DNA of 64,000 bases, from the NCBI GenBank assembly GCA_028823885.1, contig JAPPFK010000140.1, positions 394-64,393 on the forward strand, written 5' to 3'. The stretch is from Rhodospirillales bacterium. Its GTDB lineage: Bacteria; Pseudomonadota; Alphaproteobacteria; Rhodospirillales; UBA2165. This document shows positions 18,381 through 29,613 of this stretch, piece by piece. A model generated the notes under the pieces. The model did not search any database. It was given only the letters and a program-made list of their open reading frames with translations, and was not told the DNA's origin. The translations under genes and the position numbers were made by a program. Positions within the stretch are counted from its first letter, which is position 1; every line of letters begins with the position of its first letter.

Positions 18381-19043
18381 TTATTGTGCGGCTATAACGG
18401 ATGTGAACGCCGCGAGATCGGCGAAATGCGCGGCATAGGTGATTCCGCCTAATTCGTTGGCATTAAACGCTTTTTCGCCAATCAGCACCCCTGTGCAGCC
18501 GCAGGCCGTGGCGAATCTCATATCGATTCCGGTATCTCCGATGTACCAGACTTTCACGCCCGGCCTTATCCCGGTCTCTTCAAGCACCAGATCCATCGCC
18601 GCGCGCGCTGGTTTGTCCTCCGCCGCATCGCCCGCGCCCACGGCCCTAACGATGTACCCTCTCCAGTCCAGGTGATCGATCTCGGCCCGCAGCAGGGGGC
18701 CCTGCTTGTTGCTGACCACGCCGACATGAGGCGCGGCTGCGTTGGCGGCCGCGAGCGCGTCCTCGGCGCCTCCCAGGACGGTGGTCCCCTCCAGATGGTG
18801 GGCCTCCACGTGTTCGTAGAATATTCGTCCGGCCTCTTCCCATCGGTCGCCGAACATTTCCGGGAACGCATCCCGCATGGATTTCCGGACCCGCGCCAAC
18901 ATCTCCTCATAGGTCCAGGTATCGTGCCCCATGGCTTCGAGGGTCGCGTTCATGGCGTTGTGGATCGATGGCCAGCAGTCGACCAGCGTTCCGTCCCAGT
19001 CAAAAATGATCGCTTCGGGGGGTTCCGTCGGCAGCATATTCAA
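18381..19043 (-). CDS. HAD-family hydrolase (phosphoglycolate-phosphatase-like)
   Basis: IFDWDGTLVD, VVSNK, KPA and IGDTGID motifs; start could be 19037. Confidence 0.88.
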   Translation of the reverse strand: MNMLPTEPPEAIIFDWDGTLVDCWPSIHNAMNATLEAMGHDTWTYEEMLARVRKSMRDAFPEMFGDRWEEAGRIFYEHVEAHHLEGTTVLGGAEDALAAANAAAPHVGVVSNKQGPLLRAEIDHLDWRGYIVRAVGAGDAAEDKPARAAMDLVLEETGIRPGVKVWYIGDTGIDMRFATACGCTGVLIGEKAFNANELGGITYAAHFADLAAFTSVIAAQ

Positions 19044-19912
19044 TCGGCCGCGCCATTCGCGCCCTGAGCGTCCATATGGGCTTCGTAGGCGTGATAGAGG
19101 CCGCGGGTGACCTCCCCGGCCTCGCCGTTGCCGATGACCGTATCATCGATGGCCACCACCGGCTTCACGTAAGACGTCGAGCTGGTGAGAAAGGCTTCCT
19201 TTGCCTGCTTGGCTTCCTCCACGCTGAAAGCCCGCTCGACCAGCCGGACGCCGGCTTTTTCCGCCAGTTCGATGACCGCGATGCGGGTGATCCCGCCGAG
19301 GATGAAGTTGTCGAGATGGCGGGTGATCAGGTCGCCGTCCTTGGTGACGATCCAGGCGTTCGCCGCGGACCCCTCGGTAATGACGCCGTCGTCGTCGACC
19401 AGCCAGGCGTCGCCGGCGCCGGAATCCAGTGCCGACTGTTTGGCCAGGACGTTCGGCAGCAGCGATATGGATTTGATGTCGCACCGCCGCCAGCGAATAT
19501 CGGGAACCGTGACCACCGAAATTCCCTTGAGTCCGGTCTCGGGATCAGGCTGACGGACGGGCAACGCATAGACCACGAGGGAGCTCTCCGCCCCGGCCGG
19601 AAAGGGATGATCGCGGGGCGCAACGCCCCGGGTGATCTGGAGGTACACCTTGCCGTCCCGGACACGATTACGGCGGATGATCTCGCGCATGATGAACTTG
19701 AGGGGCTGCCCGGAAACCGGCGCGGCGAGCCTCAGTTCCCCGAGCGACCGGTCCAGCCGGTCGAGATGATGGTCTTCGTCGACCAGGCCCCCGCCCCGCA
19801 CCGCGATCACCTCGTAAACGCCGTCGGCGAACTGGTATCCGCGGTCTTCGACATGGACCGCCGCCTCCCGGTGCGGCAGGTACTGGCCGTTGACGTAGGT
19901 AATTCTCGGCAT
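19040..19912 (-). CDS. dat: D-amino-acid transaminase (PLP class IV)
   Basis: Start MPRITYVNG at 19912; EDRGYQFADGVYEV, RCDIKS (PLP Lys), TEGSAAN, ILGGITR and EAFLTSST motifs. Confidence 0.92.
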   Translation of the reverse strand: MPRITYVNGQYLPHREAAVHVEDRGYQFADGVYEVIAVRGGGLVDEDHHLDRLDRSLGELRLAAPVSGQPLKFIMREIIRRNRVRDGKVYLQITRGVAPRDHPFPAGAESSLVVYALPVRQPDPETGLKGISVVTVPDIRWRRCDIKSISLLPNVLAKQSALDSGAGDAWLVDDDGVITEGSAANAWIVTKDGDLITRHLDNFILGGITRIAVIELAEKAGVRLVERAFSVEEAKQAKEAFLTSSTSYVKPVVAIDDTVIGNGEAGEVTRGLYHAYEAHMDAQGANGAAD

Positions 19913-19919
19913 GGCGCGG

Positions 19920-21296
19920 CTAGAAAAACTCCAGGCGGACGGAGAACATCTTCTCGACTTCCTTAACCGCCTCGCTTCGCGCGAACAAGACAATCCGGTC
20001 GCCGACTTCCACCACGGTCGAGCCGCGGGGCAAAATAACCTCGTTCTCCCTGACAACCGAGCCCAAAATGACATCGTCGGGCAGTTCGGCCTCGCGCAGC
20101 GGTTTGCCGATCAGGCCCGATGTATCCATGGCTTCGGCCTCGATCAATTCGCCGAACCCGTCCCGCAACGTGTTTACCGAATGAATACGGCCGCGCCGGA
20201 CATGCTGAAGGATCGTGGAGACCGTGATGTTGCGGGGGCTGACCGCGACATCGACCCCGAGGGATGAGATCAACGGCGTGTAGGCGCCGCTGTTGACCAA
20301 GGTAATGGCGCGGCCGCTGCCCAGCCGTTTGGCCAGCAGCGAAGCCAGAATGTTGGTCTCGTCGTCGTTCGTCACGGCGACCACGGCTTCCGCGGTTCCC
20401 ACATTGGCCTCTTCCAGGATATCGGCCTCGAGGACATCGCCTTCGAGCACCACGGACCGCTTCAGCGTCCGCGCCGCCGCCTCGGCGCGCACCTTGTCCG
20501 CTTCGATCACCTTGAGATTCACCGAAGGATTGTTCTCTTCGATCGCCTGGGCCAGGAACTGGCCGATGTTTCCGCCGCCGAATATGACCAGACGGCGCGC
20601 CTCGGCTTCTTCATGCCCGAAGGCGGCCATTGCGCGCGGCACATGGTCACTCTCGGCGACGAAGTAAACCTCGTCTCCCGGCAACATTTCGTCGTCGGCC
20701 GACGGAATCCACGCCTCGTTGTCCCGCGCCAGGCCGATGATCACCACGTTGAGATCGGGGAACAGCTGGGTGAGCTGACGCAGCGGCGTATTGACGATCG
20801 GGCAGTCCTCCTCGCATCGGACGCCGATAAGTTTCACCCTGCCGTCGGCCAGCGGGATCATGTCGAAGACGCCGGGGACCTCGAGGCGGCGGCCGATGGC
20901 TTCCGCAACCTCGCGCTCCGGCGAGATCACCACGTCGATGGGCATGTGATCGCGGCTGTACAGATTCGCCCACATGGGGTTGAGATAGCCCTGTTGGCGG
21001 ATACGGGCGATCTTGGTGGTCACGTCGAACAACGAGTGGGCGACCTGGCAGGCCACCATGTTGACTTCATCGGCCTGGGTGACGGCAATCAACAGATCAG
21101 CGTCCGCGGCGCCGGCCCGGGCGAGGATTTCCGGGTGCGAGGCGAAGCCGGTGATCGCTTTCACATCGAGCGTATCGGAAATCTTTCGAATGAGTTCGGG
21201 CGACTGATCGACAACTGTGATGTCGTTGTCTTCCTGAGCGAGGTAGCGGGTGATATTGAAGCCGACCTGCCCGGCGCCGCAGACGATAACCTTCAT
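19920..21296 (-). CDS. trkA: Trk potassium uptake protein TrkA
   Basis: Two RCK domains, GAGQVG and GGGNIG; VTQADEVN and TNDDETN. Confidence 0.96.
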   Translation of the reverse strand: MKVIVCGAGQVGFNITRYLAQEDNDITVVDQSPELIRKISDTLDVKAITGFASHPEILARAGAADADLLIAVTQADEVNMVACQVAHSLFDVTTKIARIRQQGYLNPMWANLYSRDHMPIDVVISPEREVAEAIGRRLEVPGVFDMIPLADGRVKLIGVRCEEDCPIVNTPLRQLTQLFPDLNVVIIGLARDNEAWIPSADDEMLPGDEVYFVAESDHVPRAMAAFGHEEAEARRLVIFGGGNIGQFLAQAIEENNPSVNLKVIEADKVRAEAAARTLKRSVVLEGDVLEADILEEANVGTAEAVVAVTNDDETNILASLLAKRLGSGRAITLVNSGAYTPLISSLGVDVAVSPRNITVSTILQHVRRGRIHSVNTLRDGFGELIEAEAMDTSGLIGKPLREAELPDDVILGSVVRENEVILPRGSTVVEVGDRIVLFARSEAVKEVEKMFSVRLEFF

Positions 21297-21328
21297 CTAT
21301 CCAGTTCCGTTAATGCCCGGCCCGGCGG

Positions 21329-22738
21329 TCAGTTGCCGGCGCTGCGCGCCCGGTCTTCGGACTGGACGCCCAGCGATTTGAGTTTTCGATGGAGTGCCGA
21401 GCGCTCCATGCCGACAAAAACGGCGGTGCGGGAGATATTGCCGCCGAACCGGGTGACTTGCGCCATCAGGTATTCCCGCTCAAAAATTTCACGCGCCTCG
21501 CGCAGCGGCAGACCCATGATTTCCGAATTGTCATTGCCGAGCTCGACCGCCGACGCGCCGGAACGGATCTCATTGGGAACCATGTCGGAGCGGATCGGGT
21601 CGTCGCTCTCGCCGGGCGCCATGATCAGGAGACGTTCGACCACATTCTTAAGTTCGCGCACGTTGCCGGGCCATTCGTAGGCCTGCAGCGTCGCAATGGC
21701 GTCTTCGGCGAATTCGCGGGGCGGGTTACCGACATTTTCCGCCGTCCGTTCCATGAAAAACCTGGCCAGGGCGGGGATATCTTCCCGGCATTCCCTGAGC
21801 GGCGGGACTTCCAGCGGCACCACCCTGAGGCGGTAAAACAGATCCTCGCGGAACCTGCCTTCGCTCATCAGTTGGCTCAGGTCCTTGGTCGACGCCGCCA
21901 TGACCCGGACGTCCACCTCGACGCGGGTCGTGCCGCCCACCCGCTGAAACGTCTGCTCCTGCAGCGCCCGAACGATCTTGCCCTGCGTTTCGATGGGCAT
22001 ATCGGCGACTTCGTCGAGAAACAGGGTCCCGTTGTGCGCTTGTTCGAAAGTACCGATCAGATGCTGGTTTTCGCCCCCGTCCCCGGTTCCGCCCTCGCGG
22101 CCGAACAGGCTGAGCTCGAACCCATCGGCCTGCAGGGTGGCGCAATTGACCGAGATAAACGGGCCCGCCGACCGGTTGGAGTTGGCGTGCAGCAGGCGGG
22201 CGACCACGTCCTTGCCTGCGCCCGCCGGGCCGGTGATCAGGACCCGGCTGTTGGCCGGCGCGACCCGGGCGATGGATTGCCGAAGTTGGGTGATGGCGGG
22301 CGAATTGCCGACCAACTCGATGTCGCCCCCGGCGCGGCGCCGGAGCTCTTCGTTCTCGCGCTTCAAGGTTGCGGCCTCGACCGCACGATTGACGACCATA
22401 ATCATCCGGTCGGCCGTAAAAGGCTTCTCGATGAAATCGTAGGCGCCGAGATTGATCGAGGTGACGGCGGTTTCGATATTTCCGTGCCCGCTCATCATCA
22501 CGACCGGCAGCGAGGGGTGCGATTGACGAACCGCTTCGAGGATCTGCATCCCGTCCAGCTTGCTCCCTTCGAGCCAAATATCCAGCAGCATCAGGCTTGG
22601 CCGGCGGATTTCGATCATCGCCATCGCGCTGTCGGAATCATGCGCTTCCCTCGTCTGGTGCCCCTCGTCTTCGAGGATCCCAGCGGTCAGCATTCGGATG
22701 TCTGCCTCGTCGTCGACGATTAGAATGTCATGCGCCAT
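21329..22738 (-). CDS. ntrX: Response regulator NtrX
   Basis: REC domain (LLDIWL, SGHGNIETAV), AAA+ domain lacking GAFTGA, HTH (RSALHRKL); follows ntrY. Confidence 0.94.
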   Translation of the reverse strand: MAHDILIVDDEADIRMLTAGILEDEGHQTREAHDSDSAMAMIEIRRPSLMLLDIWLEGSKLDGMQILEAVRQSHPSLPVVMMSGHGNIETAVTSINLGAYDFIEKPFTADRMIMVVNRAVEAATLKRENEELRRRAGGDIELVGNSPAITQLRQSIARVAPANSRVLITGPAGAGKDVVARLLHANSNRSAGPFISVNCATLQADGFELSLFGREGGTGDGGENQHLIGTFEQAHNGTLFLDEVADMPIETQGKIVRALQEQTFQRVGGTTRVEVDVRVMAASTKDLSQLMSEGRFREDLFYRLRVVPLEVPPLRECREDIPALARFFMERTAENVGNPPREFAEDAIATLQAYEWPGNVRELKNVVERLLIMAPGESDDPIRSDMVPNEIRSGASAVELGNDNSEIMGLPLREAREIFEREYLMAQVTRFGGNISRTAVFVGMERSALHRKLKSLGVQSEDRARSAGN

Positions 22739-25010
22739 GGGCTACGGTCGTGTTCTCCGTGGATTCGTCCGGATCCGGGTTGGTGCCGTTGTCCGCAACG
22801 GCTTCCCGCCCGAACATCAATGAGATACGGGCTCCGCCCTCATCTCGGTCCTGCAATACTAGATCACCTTGGTGATCTTCCATAATTTTCTTCACGATCG
22901 CCAGCCCCAGCCCCGTCCCCTTTGAGCGGGTCGTGACGTAAGGCTCTGCAAGCCGGTCGATTAATTGGTTGGGGAGCCCGCTCCCGTTATCCTCGATTTG
23001 GACGATAACATGGCGCGCGGTGTCATTGATGGTCACGGAGATGACGCCGTTCGAGGCTGATTCGGATTCGCCGAATTTGGCGCGGATCGCTTCAGCTGCA
23101 TTCTTGAGAACGTTGGTCAATGCCCGCGAGATTTGTTGACGGTCGCAATTGAGCCGCAGCGGTTCTTCGGGGAGTTCCGCTTGATAGCTGATCTCCGGGC
23201 ATCGATTGCGCTCGAGGAAGACGGCTTCGCGGCATAGTTCGGTGAGGTTTTGAGGCTTGCGGTCCGGCTGCGGCATCCGTGCGAAGGCCGAGAACTCATC
23301 GACCATCCGGCCAATGTCCTCGACCTGCCGTACGATCGTCTCGGTGCAACTGGTGAAAACTTCCGGATCGCTGACCACTTCGTTCCGATACTTGCGGCGC
23401 AATCGCTCCGCCGAGAGTTGGATGGGGGTCAGGGGATTTTTGATTTCATGGGCGATGCGCCGCGCGATATCCGCCCAGGCGGCTTTTCGCTGTGCCGAAA
23501 CCAGCTCGGTCACGTCATCGAACGTAACGACGAAGCCGATCGCCTTGCCGTCGAGCCGTTCGGCCGCAATGCTGACAACCAGGGTTCGCTGGCGGCCGCC
23601 CCGTTCAATCGTCAATTCGGCGTTTGCGGGCTTTCCAGGGGCGGCCGCTGCGCCGGCAAACAGCTCCGCCATTTCCGGAACCACCTCGACCAGGGGCCGA
23701 CCCAGCGCATTGTCGAGGTCGGTCTCGAGCAACTCGGATGCACGCCGGTTGGGCAGATTGATGCCGCCGTCGGCGTCCATGCCGATCACGCCGGCCGAGA
23801 CACCGCCGAGAACGGTCTCGGTAAATTGGCGCCGCTCATCCAGTTGACGGTTGGCGGCGACCAGCCCTTCCTGCTGGGTGTTGATCTGCTCGGTCATGCG
23901 GTTGAAGGCCCGGCTCAGCATACCGATTTCGTCGCTCGGACTGCCGCTGCCCTCGGTTTGGACGCGGGCCGAAAGATCGCCGGACCGGATCCGTTCGGCG
24001 GCGTCGATGAGTTTGCCAATGGGTGTCGCCAATTGGTTGGCCACTGTCCAACCCGTCCAGACCGCGGCCAAAAGCAGCAGCAGCGCCACCAGCGCAAACA
24101 CGGCCAGAAAACGGATCTGCAACTCTTCCCGGCTGTCCTCCAATTGCTGGTACTGGGTTGCGGCGCCGCGGGTCATGGACAGGTGGTCGAGGACCTGCGG
24201 TTCAACGAGGCGGCCGACCAGCAGGTACGCGTCCGGGAAGGCCTCCAAACGAATTCCGGCGCGCACCCGGTCGTCGGAGTCGCTGGACAGTATCTGCACC
24301 TCGCCGGGTCGGGTTTGGGTAAATATTTTGCCGAGCAGATCCTGTCCGGCCACATCGAACCCGAGAGACACGCTGAGGCCCGCCGACATCAGGGTGTTGC
24401 CCGCGCCGTCAACCACCGCCGCCTCGGGAAGGCCCCGGATGAGCGCTTGGGTTTGCATCAGCTGACGGAAGAATCGTTGATCGACGCGAATCCGGGGCGC
24501 CGCGCGGTTGAGGTCGTTGGCCATCGCCAGCGCGTCGCCGCGGATATTCCGCTGGTGCTCGCGCAGATAGGCCGTCGCCACCGCCTGAGACTCGTTGATC
24601 GCCGTCCGCACGCGATCGCTGAACCACGACTCGATGCCGTAGTTGAGAAACAGGCCGGAGAACACGGCCACCAGGATGGCCGGGATGACCGCCACCAGGC
24701 TGAACAAGACCACCAGCCGGATATGCAAACGGGTTGCGGCGCCGCCGGCGGTCCGGCGGGACCAATTGCGGACGATCCTCCGGGCGATCAGCACGCCGAG
24801 CGCCAGGGCCAGAATGACATCCAGGTTCAGTAGAATGATCACCGTGGTGAAATCGGTCTCGAGCGGGCCGAGATCGCGCATGGCGATCACGGTGGCGATC
24901 CCGGACACGCCCAGGGCCACGACCAAAATCACCGCCAGAACGCGATTCACATGCATCCGGCGAAGTCGGACCCGGATGCGTCTGATCTTGTAGCTCGTCG
25001 TGTTCGCCAT
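22728..25010 (-). CDS. ntrY: Sensor histidine kinase NtrY
   Basis: TM segments, HAMP (DEIGMLSRAFNRM), PAS, AWADIARRIAHEIKNPLTPIQL and GTGLGLAIV. Confidence 0.95.
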   Translation of the reverse strand: MANTTSYKIRRIRVRLRRMHVNRVLAVILVVALGVSGIATVIAMRDLGPLETDFTTVIILLNLDVILALALGVLIARRIVRNWSRRTAGGAATRLHIRLVVLFSLVAVIPAILVAVFSGLFLNYGIESWFSDRVRTAINESQAVATAYLREHQRNIRGDALAMANDLNRAAPRIRVDQRFFRQLMQTQALIRGLPEAAVVDGAGNTLMSAGLSVSLGFDVAGQDLLGKIFTQTRPGEVQILSSDSDDRVRAGIRLEAFPDAYLLVGRLVEPQVLDHLSMTRGAATQYQQLEDSREELQIRFLAVFALVALLLLLAAVWTGWTVANQLATPIGKLIDAAERIRSGDLSARVQTEGSGSPSDEIGMLSRAFNRMTEQINTQQEGLVAANRQLDERRQFTETVLGGVSAGVIGMDADGGINLPNRRASELLETDLDNALGRPLVEVVPEMAELFAGAAAAPGKPANAELTIERGGRQRTLVVSIAAERLDGKAIGFVVTFDDVTELVSAQRKAAWADIARRIAHEIKNPLTPIQLSAERLRRKYRNEVVSDPEVFTSCTETIVRQVEDIGRMVDEFSAFARMPQPDRKPQNLTELCREAVFLERNRCPEISYQAELPEEPLRLNCDRQQISRALTNVLKNAAEAIRAKFGESESASNGVISVTINDTARHVIVQIEDNGSGLPNQLIDRLAEPYVTTRSKGTGLGLAIVKKIMEDHQGDLVLQDRDEGGARISLMFGREAVADNGTNPDPDESTENTTVAHGA

Positions 25011-25071
25011 GATATGGCCTGTTCCCCGCAGACACCCGGTGACGGGCGCCGCCGGTGATTCACTCCCTCCC

Positions 25072-26505
25072 CTATTTCGGACTTCTCAGGACAGGGATGT
25101 TGAGTTCGCGAATTTTCTTCCTGAGCGTGTTCCGATTCAATCCCAGCAACTTGGCGGCGCGCAGCTGGTTGCCCCGCGTCGCTTCCAGCGACAGCGAGAT
25201 AAGCGGCCGCTCGACCTCTTTCAGCACCCGGTCATAGAGCCCGGCCGGGGGCATGACATTGCCGTGCGCCGCAAAGTAGTCTCTCAAATGAATCTCGACG
25301 GCGTCGCCGATACCGTTGCCGGCGCGGTTGGCCGGTTCCGGCGGCGGCGATTCGGCCAGCTCGGCCTCGATCGCCTGGATGCCGATCGTTTCCTCCGAAT
25401 AAAGCGCGGCGAGCCGGCGGACCAAGTTTTCCATCTCGCGCACATTGCCCGGCCAATGATAGGCCTGCATTCGATCGAGGGCCGATTCGTCGATGCTCTT
25501 CCACGGCAAGCCCTCGTCGGCGCATTGGCCTAGGAAATGGCTGACCAGCTCCGGAATGTCCTCCCGGCGCTCGCGCAATGCAGGCATTCTGATCGGCACC
25601 ACGTTCAGCCGGTAATACAGGTCTTCACGAAACAAACCCTGGCGAATGAGCTGGGTCAGATCACGGTGCGTGGCGGCGATAATCCGGACATTGGCCTTGA
25701 TGGGCGTCCGCCCGCCGACCGTCGTGTATTCGCCTCCCTGCAGGACCCGGAGCAAACGGGTCTGAGCTTCGGCGGGCATGTCCCCGATTTCATCGAGGAA
25801 CAGGGTGCCGCCCTCGGCCTGCTCGAAGCTGCCGGATGCTCGCGCGGTCGCGCCGGTGAATGATCCCTTTTCGTGACCGAACAATTCGCTCTCGATGAGT
25901 TCGCGGGGGATCGCCGCCATGTTGAGGGCAATGAACGGGTGATGCTTGCGCTTGCCGTAGTCGTGCAGCGCGCGGGCGGCCAGTTCCTTGCCGGTGCCCG
26001 ACTCGCCGGAAATCAGGACCGTGAGGTCCGTGCCCATCAGCCGCGCAAGGGAGCGATACACCTCCTGCATGGCCGCCGAGCGGCCGATCAGGGGCAGCGA
26101 TTCGCCGCCGCCCTGCTTCGGCGCATCCTGGGGCTCGGGTGTGGTCTCCAATGCCCGCCGCACGACGCTGATCAGTTCGTTGAGGTCGAACGGCTTGGGG
26201 AGATACTCGAAGGCGCCCCGTTGGGTGGCGTTGACCGCGGTCATCATCGTATTTTGGGCGCTCATCACGATGACGCGAAGTTCCGGGCGAATTTTCTTGA
26301 TCCGGGGTATGAGGTCGAGGCCGTTCTCGTCGGGCATCACGACGTCGGTAACGACCACGTTGCCCTCGCCGTCGTTAACCCACTTCCACAGGGTGGCCGC
26401 GTTTCCGGTCGTCCGGACCTCGTAGCCGACGCGGCCCAGCGCCTGGCTGACCACCGTGCGGATGGCGCCGTCGTCGTCCGCGACGAGTATGGTGGAATTA
26501 GTCAT
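25072..26505 (-). CDS. ntrC: Nitrogen regulation protein NR(I), NtrC
   Basis: Start MTNSTILV at 26505; [28 protein letters not shown] and [10 protein letters not shown] motifs. Confidence 0.96.
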   Translation of the reverse strand: MTNSTILVADDDGAIRTVVSQALGRVGYEVRTTGNAATLWKWVNDGEGNVVVTDVVMPDENGLDLIPRIKKIRPELRVIVMSAQNTMMTAVNATQRGAFEYLPKPFDLNELISVVRRALETTPEPQDAPKQGGGESLPLIGRSAAMQEVYRSLARLMGTDLTVLISGESGTGKELAARALHDYGKRKHHPFIALNMAAIPRELIESELFGHEKGSFTGATARASGSFEQAEGGTLFLDEIGDMPAEAQTRLLRVLQGGEYTTVGGRTPIKANVRIIAATHRDLTQLIRQGLFREDLYYRLNVVPIRMPALRERREDIPELVSHFLGQCADEGLPWKSIDESALDRMQAYHWPGNVREMENLVRRLAALYSEETIGIQAIEAELAESPPPEPANRAGNGIGDAVEIHLRDYFAAHGNVMPPAGLYDRVLKEVERPLISLSLEATRGNQLRAAKLLGLNRNTLRKKIRELNIPVLRSPK

Positions 26506-27619
26506 CGATTTCTTCCTGAGGTTGCTGGGCGACCGCAAGCATCACCTTGAACATCGTCCGGCCCGGGACACTATCGAACTCGATGACGCCGCCGTGGTCG
26601 TCGACCATCTTGGCGACCAGTGCGAGCCCAAGACCGCTGCCCTTGGGTTTCCCGGTCACGAAGGGGTCGAACAGGTGATCCCGCAAGTCTTCCGGAATGC
26701 CGTCTCCGTTATCCTGCACCGAAACGACAAGCGGAAGGTTGGTGCGGGTGGATAGTCCGGGGACGGCGAACCTCACGCTGTGCTGGTAGGCCGTGGCAAT
26801 CGTTATTTCGCCCCCTTTTTCCGGCGTCGCTTCGGCGGCGTTCTTGACCAAATTCAGAAAAATCTGAACCAGCTGGTCGAAATCGCCGTCCACCGCCGGC
26901 AGGGACGGATCATATATTTCACGGATCCGCACATGGCTCGCGAAGCCGGTGCGGGCCAGCGTGATGACCCGCTCCAATACCTGGTGGATGTTTACCGCGG
27001 TCCGCTCCAGGGGGCGCTGGTCGGAAAACACCTCCATGCGATCGACGAGCGCCGTGATCCTGTCGGTTTCGTCGCAAATCAGGCGGGTAAGCGTCTTGTC
27101 CTCGGGCTCGGAATTCTGTTCCAGGAGCTGTGCCGCGCCGCGGATGCCGGAGAGCGGGTTCTTCACCTCGTGGGCCAGCATGGCGGCCATCGCGGTCACC
27201 GAGCGCGCCGAGTTGCGGTGGGTCAATTGGCGCTCGATCTTGTCGGCAATGGACCGCTCGAAAAACGCCAGCACCACATGATCCGGCTGGTCGCCCAGCC
27301 GCCCCGCCTGCACATTGACGAAATGCTTGTTGATCCGGGGGGATTCCAGGGTCAGACCGTATTCCGACACGGCCGCGCCGACTTCGCGGACCAGATCGAT
27401 GATGGTGAATACCGGACTGTCCTCGGGCAACAGGGTATGGAGCGGCGTCCCGAAAAGCTGTCCGGCACTGGCCGAAAGAAACTGTTCGCCCCGGCTGTTG
27501 AGAAAGACGATCCGGTTGGATGAGTCGACGACGACGACCGCCGATTCCAGCGCGTTCAGGATCCCGTCAACATCTATGGGTGTTGGCGGCGGTACCGATA
27601 TGGCGAGGTCCTGGTTCAC
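26498..27619 (-). CDS. ntrB: Nitrogen regulation sensor kinase NtrB
   Basis: PAS domain plus [18 protein letters not shown] and GSGLGL. Start GTG 27619 overlaps the dusB stop (GTGA); 27628 is an alternative. Confidence 0.93.
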   Translation of the reverse strand: MNQDLAISVPPPTPIDVDGILNALESAVVVVDSSNRIVFLNSRGEQFLSASAGQLFGTPLHTLLPEDSPVFTIIDLVREVGAAVSEYGLTLESPRINKHFVNVQAGRLGDQPDHVVLAFFERSIADKIERQLTHRNSARSVTAMAAMLAHEVKNPLSGIRGAAQLLEQNSEPEDKTLTRLICDETDRITALVDRMEVFSDQRPLERTAVNIHQVLERVITLARTGFASHVRIREIYDPSLPAVDGDFDQLVQIFLNLVKNAAEATPEKGGEITIATAYQHSVRFAVPGLSTRTNLPLVVSVQDNGDGIPEDLRDHLFDPFVTGKPKGSGLGLALVAKMVDDHGGVIEFDSVPGRTMFKVMLAVAQQPQEEIDD

Positions 27620-28602
27620 GCGGCGCACCGCTCCGCCAGCGGCTCGTAGAAGCCGTTTATGGCCGCCTTGACCGCCGCCGGGTCGGTCATCCGCATGACG
27701 TTGTCGCGGAAGCCGGCCGAATTGTGCAGCCCCCGGCTATACCAGCCGATGTGTTTCCGGGCGATGCGCGCACCGCGCTCGGTGCCGTAATGGGAGAGAA
27801 TGTCGTCGTAGTGGCCCAGCAATGTCCGGTGTTGGACGGAAATATCCGGGTCCGGCAGTCTCTTGCCTGTTTCGAGATAGTGCTCGATCTGGCCAAGAAA
27901 CCACGGCCGGCCATAGGAGCCGCGGCCGACCATGACCCCGTCGGCGCCGGATTGTTCGAGCAGCGCGCCTGCGTCTTCGACCGAATTGACGTCGCCGTTT
28001 CCGATGACCGGAATGCCGACCGCCTCCTTGACCTTGCGGATAAACGCCCAGTCGGCATGTCCCTTGTAGAATTGGCAGCGGGTCCGGCCATGGACCGTCA
28101 GCATCTTGACGCCCGCCGCCTCGGCAATCCTCGCCAGCCGGGGCGCATTGCGCGACGAATCGTCCCAGCCGGTGCGCATCTTGAGGGTGACCGGGAGATC
28201 GACCGCGTTCACCACGGCTTCGATGAGTTTGCCGGCAAGCGCCTCGTCGCGCATCAGCGCCGAGCCGGCGTGGCCATTCGTCACCTTCTTGACCGGACAT
28301 CCCATGTTGATATCGATGATCGCCGCCCCGCGGTCCGCATTGAGCCGCGCCGCCTCGGCCATGGGTTCCGGCTCGCAGCCGGCCAGCTGGACCGCCATCG
28401 GAAACTCCTCGGCGCAGTTGCTGGCCATCTTCATGGTCTTCTTGTTGGCATAAATCATCGCCATGCTGGCGATCATCTCGGAGATCACCAGCCCGGCGCC
28501 GTGACGTTTGACCAGGCGCCGGTACGGCATGTCGGTTACGCCCGACATGGGCGCCAGCAACACACGGGAGGTCAGCCGGATCGGGCCGATTTCAATGGGC
28601 AT
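27616..28602 (-). CDS. dusB: tRNA-dihydrouridine synthase B (NifR3)
   Basis: Start MPIEIG at 28602; LAPMSG, INMGCP, VTLKMR and HGRTR motifs; classic nifR3-ntrBC operon. Confidence 0.95.
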   Translation of the reverse strand: MPIEIGPIRLTSRVLLAPMSGVTDMPYRRLVKRHGAGLVISEMIASMAMIYANKKTMKMASNCAEEFPMAVQLAGCEPEPMAEAARLNADRGAAIIDINMGCPVKKVTNGHAGSALMRDEALAGKLIEAVVNAVDLPVTLKMRTGWDDSSRNAPRLARIAEAAGVKMLTVHGRTRCQFYKGHADWAFIRKVKEAVGIPVIGNGDVNSVEDAGALLEQSGADGVMVGRGSYGRPWFLGQIEHYLETGKRLPDPDISVQHRTLLGHYDDILSHYGTERGARIARKHIGWYSRGLHNSAGFRDNVMRMTDPAAVKAAINGFYEPLAERCAA

Positions 28603-28621
28603 GGAATGACTCGCCGAAATT

Positions 28622-28638
28622 TGCCCATAAATTGAGCA
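28622..28638. promoter_or_regulatory. Candidate NtrC-type operator upstream of dusB-ntrBC
   Basis: TGCCCA-TAAAT-TGAGCA, a 17-bp near-palindrome of GC-N11-GC form, 20 bp upstream of the dusB ATG. Confidence 0.45.
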
Positions 28639-28684
28639 TTTTTGCCAAGAAAGCAACGATTTGCTGGGCCGAAAAGGCGTTTTT

Positions 28685-29485
28685 TTATGCGAGCAGAATG
28701 TCGGTTACCAGTTTCACTCCCGGATAACCGAGGGTGAGCAACAGATAGGCCAACAGGACCAGCCGGGCTGCCGAGCGTCCCCGGATGCCTGTGCGAAAGT
28801 GCAGAAACAGCAGAAGTCCGACGACGACGAATACCCCGAGGGTGAGCACCGTCTTGTGGTCAAACGCGATCAACCGGCCGGATGTCGAGTAGAGGGTGGC
28901 CATTCCCGTTGCCAAACCGGCGGCGAGAACCGCTTCGCCGGCCATCAGAAGCCGCACGGCAAGGCGCTCGCTATCGGCAACCGATGGAAGCCGGCGTGAC
29001 AGGCCGGTGGCCTGCCGGCGTTTGAGCGAGCGTTCCTGGAGCATCGCCGCAAGGGCGGCGATGGCCGCCAGGGTCACCAAACCGTAGGTCGCGACGGAAA
29101 CCGCGATGTGGGTGCCGATCCAGGCCAACGGGGCGCCGCCGGCGAGCGGCCGTGACGGCGCCTGACCCCAGATGGTCGCCAGCACGGCGAGGAGGATCAG
29201 GTAGGGCACCAACAGCGGCGTCAAACGCCACCCTTGTCGGGATACGAGGGCGACAAATGCATAGATCACCAGACAGGTAACGACGGTCAGCCAAAGCGCC
29301 GTGGAGAGGCCGGTTTGCCATCCCTCGGCCTGGCGGACGTAGACCCAAAGGGCCGGCCCGACGATGGCCACCGCCATCACGGCCCAGTACACCCCGTCCC
29401 GCGCGGGCGCCTTCCGGAGCGCCACGATGGCTGCCGGGACAAGCGCCAGAAGCGCCGCGAGGTTGAGAATGAAACTTGTCGACAT
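28685..29485 (-). CDS. CcsA/YpjD-like cytochrome c assembly family inner-membrane protein
   Basis: About 8 TM segments; [15 protein letters not shown] and terminal [16 protein letters not shown] pattern. Confidence 0.8.
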   Translation of the reverse strand: MSTSFILNLAALLALVPAAIVALRKAPARDGVYWAVMAVAIVGPALWVYVRQAEGWQTGLSTALWLTVVTCLVIYAFVALVSRQGWRLTPLLVPYLILLAVLATIWGQAPSRPLAGGAPLAWIGTHIAVSVATYGLVTLAAIAALAAMLQERSLKRRQATGLSRRLPSVADSERLAVRLLMAGEAVLAAGLATGMATLYSTSGRLIAFDHKTVLTLGVFVVVGLLLFLHFRTGIRGRSAARLVLLAYLLLTLGYPGVKLVTDILLA

Positions 29486-29613
29486 ATCGAAGTTACGGCC
29501 CGGGTCCCGGCTTGCATATATTCCGGCAGAGACCTACGCCCTCGCCCGCTCCTTGGCAAGCCGCCCTGCGCATTCTACGTTGAAACGATACCCCTGACCA
29601 TCGGACGACGAAT

